This document shows, piece after piece, positions 58,058 through 64,000 of a DNA stretch of 64,000 bases. The notes under the pieces are model-generated. The model saw only the letters and a list, made by a program, of their open reading frames with translations, was not told the origin of the DNA and did no database searches. Positions within the stretch are counted from its first letter, which is position 1. Every line of letters begins with the position of its first letter. A program made the position numbers and the translations under genes. This DNA is from an uncultured Nitrososphaerota archaeon (GTDB taxonomy: Archaea; Korarchaeota; Korarchaeia; Korarchaeales; Korarchaeaceae), in NCBI GenBank assembly GCA_964594835.1, contig CAZQNA010000003.1, forward strand, positions 64,001-128,000. The letters run 5' to 3'.

Positions 58058-61033
58058 TTAACTAAGCCTCTTTAGCGCTTCAAACTCGTTACACATAGCG
58101 TCATAGAGGTCCTCGAGGAGATCTTGGGCCTCTCTAGCTGAAAATCCCAAGACCTCTAGGATAGTCCTATCAATTTCAACTCTGTACTGGAACCTCTCCT
58201 CTATCTGCTCCCAGACGCTCGGGAACTCGACACGGGCCGTCCTGTCGAATAGGTTCAGGAGAGCATCCCTCTCCTCCTCGCTCAATGTGCGGGGATCCAA
58301 AGTTAGGAAGTCCAGCAGGGCGTATTTGTTGACGTCTATCCAGATGTCCTGGATTTTCGTTACGAGAATCTGCGAAAGGTTGAGCGTGCTGTTCATCCAA
58401 AGTACGGTGATCTTGTGCAGCTTTGGTCCCCCGCCAGGAACGCTCCAGACTGTCCCGTAAGGGACTAGCGGGGTTGCGGAATAGAAGCTAACGTGGCGGA
58501 GTCCTGGGGCTATTGGAGAGTATCGGAAGCCTATGAGCAGACTCGCGAGCCTTCTCCTGATGTATCGCTTCCATCTGTCTAAGGCCGACCCGATCATCTC
58601 CAACCTCCTGTTGGGAAGGAACCTCTCTATCCCTGGGAATGTCTCCACCACCACGTAGTCGTGCTCGTGCTCCCTTATCTCCATGGTCGGGAAATCGCTG
58701 TACGTTATCAGCGCGGGTAAGAGGCTCTGCTTCGGTATGCTCACACACTCTCCTGTGGACCTGTCCTTGGCGACGATCTCCTCAGGGAGGTCCTCCTCGA
58801 CGACCCAGCGATAACCCGCCCGGGGCAGCCTCGACTCAGATCTCCCTATAGCCATCTCGCTTGCTACGATTGGGGGGGCTCGGGAGCGAGTCCCCTCGAC
58901 AACATCCATTTCCTGCGACTGCAGGAGGTCCCCGAAGCGGACGAGCTTTCGCGACCCCCTCCTTATCACTTCACCCCATATATGCCTGATTCTTGGGTCG
59001 TACACTGCGATATATTTGAACCAATTGTCCAATGAATTTTCAAGATCTGCATGACTCACGGATAGTATGTAAAATGGTTCTGTTGAAATTTCGGCTCCGC
59101 TTTCGGCTAGCCTACTCTCCCTAATCTCCTCCGCCATTCTAATTGCGTCGGATGGATTCTCAGGGAGCCTCCTTAACGTAACTATGTTGCAGGGCCTTGA
59201 CCCTCTTCGTCCTTCAGGACTCGCTTTCTGAGCGACTAGGAGGATCTCCCTGATCCAAGCAGATTCAGAAAAGGCCAACCTTTCCCACGCGGTGATTATG
59301 TACTCTATAACGTAGCGTTCTGCCAGGAGCCTGCGTATCCCCTCTGCGCTAGGCACTCTGAGCATCGAGGCTGGGAGCACCAGCGCAAGTCTCCCTCCAT
59401 CCTTCAGGAATCTGTCCGCCAGAAAGATGAAGTAGCCGAAATAACCCATCCTCCCGTCGAAATAGTCGGAGTACTCTAGGAACCTCTGGTCTAGGACGGC
59501 CTTGTATTCCTGAGGGAGCCTCTCCTGCCTAGTGAAGGGCGGATTCATCATGATGATGTCATAGGTCTCAAGCCTGATAGGCCTCCCGCCAGGCCCCTCC
59601 GGCGATAGAACTCCCTTCTCCGGCCTAGTTTCATCTTCCTCCACCCCTAAGTACTGGGAGAGTCTCGGAATCCCGAGGACATCCTCCATCCTTGCCAGCG
59701 ACGGGATTTCCCTTCCAGGGCTCAGCTCTGTGCTATCCCACACTGCCACATTGACGTGGTTCGTTGGCCACTTGGGGGCTTGGGAGGCCAGGTTGATCAC
59801 GGCCAGGTGGGCCGCCAAGGGCATGACGTCGACGCCGAGGAGGTCCTCCTCGACGAACCTCCTGTGATCCTCGGCTGTGAAGAGTTGCTCCTCTGGATAT
59901 CCTCTCTTCCTACGCTCCTCCTCTAGGAGATACTTCTTCCTTCTGTAGGCCGCTACCAAGAGACCTCCGCTTCCACAGGCCAAGTCTGCAACCTTTGCCT
60001 CTGGGTCCTCTATCGCCAGGTGCGCTAAGAATTCCGCCCTCAAGGGGTTCGTGTAGAAGGCCGCAACGTGCTTCCTGACCTCTATTGGTATCAGATCGTG
60101 AAATATCGTACCTATCAGGTCGGGACCGGCTTTCTCTGGGCCTATGGCTTTGACGGCCGCGACGGCGGCCTTTACTCCGTTTAAGTACCGACGTGGCACT
60201 AAGCTCGCGATGTCATAAGCGAAGAGGATCCTGTAGTTTATGTCAAGAACCCTTGAGAAATATTCATTTAGATCAGAGGGCCTCGTTAGAGAGTCTTCGT
60301 CTATCTCAGGAAGTTTCTCCGGGTGAAACCTGGAGAGAATGTGGTAAAACAAGATTTGATCCATGAGAATGAAGGCGGCGGCTTCCCTCATGGCCCCGAC
60401 GGGATACCGTCCCTCCTCATACTGGAGGACGTATTCGAATACCTGCCTTCCTCCGAAGATCCCCTCTATATCCCTGCCTCCCAACCCCCTGAGGCCAGCT
60501 GAGATCTCCTTGGCGGCGGCCCTCAGGACCCCTATGACGTAGTTCAGCGGGATCTCGGGCTTCTCCGGGGGCATCAGGACATGCTCCGCTATGAAGTCCG
60601 CGACCGCGTCTGGCCGGCCCTTGGCGACCTGGAGGGGCCTGGCGTCCTCCGGCGGGAAGATCGCCAGGCAGGTGAACTCGCTGGCCATAACCTCGTCCCT
60701 GAGCCTGTCCAGGGAAATCGGCCTCGCCAGCCTCTCGGGGTAGAGCACCGCAAAGCCCCCGCCGAGCGCGGGCGGGCCTATCAACTTGTGGTGCTTCACG
60801 TAATCGTTGTAGATCTTCTGAATGGCCTTGGGGAAGTCTCTCTCCCTGAACTTGGCCTCAACCACGTATAGCAGGGAGTCCTGGCAGACGATGTCTGGCT
60901 TCCTAGTCCCTACGGGCGTCTTTAGACTCATGTACGGCTGAGCGTGGACGCCCCTGGCCCTGAGTTCCTCCGTGAGGATTGTGGTGAGGGTATCTTCAGT
61001 GGGCTTAGGGAGGGACACATTTGGGACTTGCAC
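58058..61033 (-). CDS. Type IIG-like restriction endonuclease-N6-adenine methyltransferase fusion
   Basis: N-terminal KPDI...VEAK nuclease, FYT, DLACGSGGLL (motif I), MNPPF (motif IV), C-terminal TRD region. Confidence 0.88.
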   Translation of the reverse strand: MQVPNVSLPKPTEDTLTTILTEELRARGVHAQPYMSLKTPVGTRKPDIVCQDSLLYVVEAKFRERDFPKAIQKIYNDYVKHHKLIGPPALGGGFAVLYPERLARPISLDRLRDEVMASEFTCLAIFPPEDARPLQVAKGRPDAVADFIAEHVLMPPEKPEIPLNYVIGVLRAAAKEISAGLRGLGGRDIEGIFGGRQVFEYVLQYEEGRYPVGAMREAAAFILMDQILFYHILSRFHPEKLPEIDEDSLTRPSDLNEYFSRVLDINYRILFAYDIASLVPRRYLNGVKAAVAAVKAIGPEKAGPDLIGTIFHDLIPIEVRKHVAAFYTNPLRAEFLAHLAIEDPEAKVADLACGSGGLLVAAYRRKKYLLEEERRKRGYPEEQLFTAEDHRRFVEEDLLGVDVMPLAAHLAVINLASQAPKWPTNHVNVAVWDSTELSPGREIPSLARMEDVLGIPRLSQYLGVEEDETRPEKGVLSPEGPGGRPIRLETYDIIMMNPPFTRQERLPQEYKAVLDQRFLEYSDYFDGRMGYFGYFIFLADRFLKDGGRLALVLPASMLRVPSAEGIRRLLAERYVIEYIITAWERLAFSESAWIREILLVAQKASPEGRRGSRPCNIVTLRRLPENPSDAIRMAEEIRESRLAESGAEISTEPFYILSVSHADLENSLDNWFKYIAVYDPRIRHIWGEVIRRGSRKLVRFGDLLQSQEMDVVEGTRSRAPPIVASEMAIGRSESRLPRAGYRWVVEEDLPEEIVAKDRSTGECVSIPKQSLLPALITYSDFPTMEIREHEHDYVVVETFPGIERFLPNRRLEMIGSALDRWKRYIRRRLASLLIGFRYSPIAPGLRHVSFYSATPLVPYGTVWSVPGGGPKLHKITVLWMNSTLNLSQILVTKIQDIWIDVNKYALLDFLTLDPRTLSEEERDALLNLFDRTARVEFPSVWEQIEERFQYRVEIDRTILEVLGFSAREAQDLLEDLYDAMCNEFEALKRLS

Positions 61034-61134
61034 GTGAAACTTAAATGCGCCGCGAGTGAGGGCGTTTTCACACCTGCCAGTTTGTCCTGGCCTTGCAGGC
61101 CAGCCTGACTAGCCCGTCGATGAAATACGCGCGG

Positions 61135-61566
61135 TCAGATGAGCCCCGCGCGCCTGAGCCAGCGCTTCAGCGTCCCGGAGCCCAATCGACCCAACCTCCC
61201 CTCCCGCCCGGGCCAGACCCAGATCCAGGCCCCGCGGCCTTCAATCAAAGCCTCCGGCCTCTTGGGATACCCCAAAACCCCGATCACGCAAAACGGCTCC
61301 GGGTGCTCCCTCTTGAACGCCTCCCTGACCCTCCACGCCAGCGAATCGTGGTCCCGCGAGCCCCTAACCTCGACGAAGGCCCTGCGGCCGCCGCGAACGA
61401 GTTCAAGGTCGTAATGGGCGTGGTCCGACTGGACTGCGATCCTCACGTCCGGCAGGTTCAGCCAGGCGAGTAGGATCTCCAAAGCCCCGGCCACGACCCT
61501 TTCGAGCCTCCGGCCCATCCTCTTGTTGTACCCGCTCAGGGCGGACCTGCGGGACGCGCGTGTCAC
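61135..61566 (-). CDS. Small PD-(D/E)XK nuclease-fold protein
   Basis: LERVV...YDLELVRGGRRAFVEVRG. Confidence 0.6.
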   Translation of the reverse strand: MTRASRRSALSGYNKRMGRRLERVVAGALEILLAWLNLPDVRIAVQSDHAHYDLELVRGGRRAFVEVRGSRDHDSLAWRVREAFKREHPEPFCVIGVLGYPKRPEALIEGRGAWIWVWPGREGRLGRLGSGTLKRWLRRAGLI

Positions 61567-61757
61567 GTGCCGACCCCTCCGAGTCGATCCCCAAATTGTT
61601 CAAAATTTGGCGGATATGGTCTCCGAGATCGATTTACGTTTGGGGAAGCGTGCCCGGTGATGACGAAAAATCACGTCAGGTGGCGGAGGGGGCGGCACGC
61701 GACGGGTTTGTGCGTGGGTGTTTGTCGGCCCGGGGAAGTTGCGAGCGGGGGTGTGGG

Positions 61758-63389
61758 TCATTTCCTGCCTCCGGGTGCCGACATCTTCCTCAGGACCCTG
61801 TCGTATTTTGACTCGTTGGCCTCCATGTGGGCGACGAACCTGGGGACGTCGAGGGTCACGCCCAGGTTGCCCTCGGTGTCCCTGTAGAACCTGAAGCCGG
61901 CTATGCGGAGTTGGGCCCTCTTCTTCCTCGAGCGCACCATCAACTCGATCTTGCTCGGGGCCACCTGGAGGTATGCCTCCCGGCCCCACAGCTGCCTCGC
62001 CCAGTTGCAGATCTGGGGGACGGACAGGTCCAAGACCTCGCGGCCGTCGAGTGGGGCCTTCAGCCAGACCGACTTCATGAAGATCGCGAGTTTTTGGGGT
62101 ATCTTGTTGAGTATCACCGTCTCCGGAGGCGGGAGTTCGACCTCCAACTCGTCGACCTCGTCCTCCTTGCCCCTCCCCACGTACCTGGCCCTGGCCAGCC
62201 AGAACCTGTAACGCCTCCTGGCCTCCTCGAACTCCCCTTTGACTTCGCGCCTGGGGACGAGTTCGACGTACATCTTGCTGAGCCTGGCGGCGTCCTCGGG
62301 GCCCTTGGGCTCCGGCATCCTCAGGCTCATGGGCGGGGGGGACGTCACGAGTTCGGCGTGGCCGCCCTTCGAGATGAAGATCCACTTCCCGGGGACCATC
62401 CTGCGCATGGGCGCGACCGCGCGCATCACGGGCTCCGGGATCGGGAAGTACTTGGCCAACTCCTTCCTCTGCCTGTCCTCCTTCAGGTTCGTGGGGTGCA
62501 CGAAGACGGCCTGGGTGTTGTCGAGGAGAGTCTTCGGAATGCTCTGGACGTTCTGTACCTCGTAGAAAACCCGGGTCAGCGCGGTCCTCGTCTGCCTCAG
62601 CAGGGTCACGAAGTTCTCGATCCTCTCGCGCAGGTGCCAGGTGGAGCCCATGGCCCCAACCCGAGGGGCCACCTCCCTCAGTTCCCTGAAGTGCACGATG
62701 ATCCTGGCGTCCTCTATGGCCTGGACCAGGTGGCCCATGAGGTTGTCGAGGACGACGTTGAGGGCGAACCTGCCGAGGTCCCGCACGGACGGCTTGAAGT
62801 AGGCGTTGCTGAGCACGGTGAAGTCCCTCCTCTGGATTATCCCGACGAGTTTGCCGGGCTCCAGCGGGCTCTCGTCCTCGATGAACCCCGACGTCAGCAA
62901 CGCCAGCAACCTGGGGCTGACCTTGTCCCCCCGCTTCCTGATCAGGGCCTCCAGCACGTCCTCGATTTTGGCCTCGGGCCCCCCGGCGGAGTAGTAGGCG
63001 TCAAACAGGTCCCTTGCCTCTGAGGGGCTCAGGAACCCGCCCAGGGTCCGGAAGTGCCCGAACGAGAGCATCCTCACGCTGAGCGGCGCGAGCCTGAACC
63101 TCGTGGGTATGGCCTCCATGGCCAGCGGGAAGTTGAACGTGAGGTATTCCACGTCCCAGCCCCGGGGCTCGAGGCCCGCGGCCTTCAACCTCCTGGCCTG
63201 CAACCCGCGGGCTGGCAGGTGGAGGGTCTCGTCCTCTCCCTTCACGTCGATGATGAGGGAGTGCCAGCCCCTGCCCCTCAGCAATTCGAGCAGGAGTTGG
63301 CCCAGCCAGGACTTCCCCACGCCCCTGATGCCCACGATCGCTATGCAAGCCGTCCTCTCGGCCAATATCTGCTCCAGGTAGTCGGTCAT
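61758..63389 (-). CDS. HerA/FtsK/VirB4-superfamily ATPase with atypical Walker B
   Basis: Walker A GIRGVGKS, IIDVKGE, IVHFRE at the Walker B position, LRQ, VQN...LDNT. Confidence 0.72.
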   Translation of the reverse strand: MTDYLEQILAERTACIAIVGIRGVGKSWLGQLLLELLRGRGWHSLIIDVKGEDETLHLPARGLQARRLKAAGLEPRGWDVEYLTFNFPLAMEAIPTRFRLAPLSVRMLSFGHFRTLGGFLSPSEARDLFDAYYSAGGPEAKIEDVLEALIRKRGDKVSPRLLALLTSGFIEDESPLEPGKLVGIIQRRDFTVLSNAYFKPSVRDLGRFALNVVLDNLMGHLVQAIEDARIIVHFRELREVAPRVGAMGSTWHLRERIENFVTLLRQTRTALTRVFYEVQNVQSIPKTLLDNTQAVFVHPTNLKEDRQRKELAKYFPIPEPVMRAVAPMRRMVPGKWIFISKGGHAELVTSPPPMSLRMPEPKGPEDAARLSKMYVELVPRREVKGEFEEARRRYRFWLARARYVGRGKEDEVDELEVELPPPETVILNKIPQKLAIFMKSVWLKAPLDGREVLDLSVPQICNWARQLWGREAYLQVAPSKIELMVRSRKKRAQLRIAGFRFYRDTEGNLGVTLDVPRFVAHMEANESKYDRVLRKMSAPGGRK

Positions 63390-64000
63390 CCCTCTTCACT
63401 CCCTTCCTCCTCACTCCCCTCCTCTTCTCCCGCTTCCTCCGGCAGACCCGCCGCCAACTTCGAGAGGGAGGACTTCGGGAGTTTGCCGATCGACCTAGCG
63501 GCCAGGTTCACGGCGTTCCGTAAGACATCCGGGTACGTCCCGGCTATCTTCTGGACCGCGTAGTTCATGAATCCCAACAGAGTCTCCTCGATGGCCGCCA
63601 AACCGAGGTAGACCCCGTTGACGTAACCCCCCGAGGAGCCCGAGTTTTGGGCCCCGAGCCAACCCCGGAAAGCCTCCTCCGGCGTGTATATCGCCAGCCT
63701 TTCCTTCCCGTCCTCGGTCTCTATCGTGAACACCCTGAACGGCTTCACCTTCCTCGGATCTCCGACCTCGATCCCCGCCAGCCTGACCAGGGGAAGCAGG
63801 TTCAGCATGAACACGACCAACTTGTGCCTGAACTCGTAGAAGTCGAAATATTGTGCCAGCATCTTCGCCAGCGCGTCCCTCAGAGGGCCGGGCAACTTCT
63901 CCCTCGGCACGTCGAACGGCGCGGCGACGACCACGTGGGACGCGTGCCTCTCGAACGTCTCCTTGGGCATCACCCTCCAAAAGCCTTTGAACGACGCCAC
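63386..64000 (-). CDS. Hypothetical protein with acidic tail (probably 5' partial), coupled to the ATPase
   Basis: ATGA overlap with the ATPase gene; ends EEAGEEEGSEEEGSEEG. Confidence 0.65.
   Translation of the reverse strand: MASFKGFWRVMPKETFERHASHVVVAAPFDVPREKLPGPLRDALAKMLAQYFDFYEFRHKLVVFMLNLLPLVRLAGIEVGDPRKVKPFRVFTIETEDGKERLAIYTPEEAFRGWLGAQNSGSSGGYVNGVYLGLAAIEETLLGFMNYAVQKIAGTYPDVLRNAVNLAARSIGKLPKSSLSKLAAGLPEEAGEEEGSEEEGSEEG

Larger units (their letters stand above)
53900..64000. mobile_element. Probable integrated element/defence island (continues beyond the window)
   Basis: Shift to AT-richer patches; orphan ORFs; R-M, HEPN-like and PD-(D/E)XK genes; HerA/VirB4-like ATPase; no integrase or att site seen, so the boundary is approximate. 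Confidence 0.6.

Noticed and set aside
1-64000. CRISPR array, rRNA, transposase or integrase
   Set aside because: No regularly spaced repeats, rRNA signatures or recombinase motifs recognised

Overview
GC-rich archaeal chromosome segment (TATA-type promoters, overlapping start/stop operons, V4R/Roadblock/DUF835/NrpR-type proteins). A TACK-group thermophile is plausible but cannot be established from sequence alone. Positions 1-53.8 kb are mostly metabolic and transport genes: drug-type ABC exporter, class III RNR nrdD-nrdG, AOR-SQR cluster, K+-independent H+-PPase, GTPase-V4R-Roadblock triplet, PhoU/DUF47 region, VapBC, AlkA, and several decayed genes. The strongest candidate for an undescribed system is at about 19.35-31.4 kb. 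There a Dpp/Opp ABC importer operon with an embedded C45 Ntn-hydrolase and an NrpR-like repressor converges on a three-gene operon: a single-chain B12-dependent glutamate-mutase-like protein, an opine dehydrogenase and the GlmL reactivase. Both operons carry the same GGCAA-N4-TTACC pseudo-palindrome over the predicted start site plus a shared upstream TTACC-N7-GGTAA element, which suggests one regulon for an unknown B12-dependent catabolic pathway. From about 53.9 kb to the window end lies a probable integrated element/defence island: HEPN-like protein, several PD-(D/E)XK nucleases, a Type IIG R-M fusion, and a HerA/VirB4-like ATPase with an atypical Walker B. No tRNA, rRNA or CRISPR array was recognised. 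All calls are motif-based; no database searches were run.
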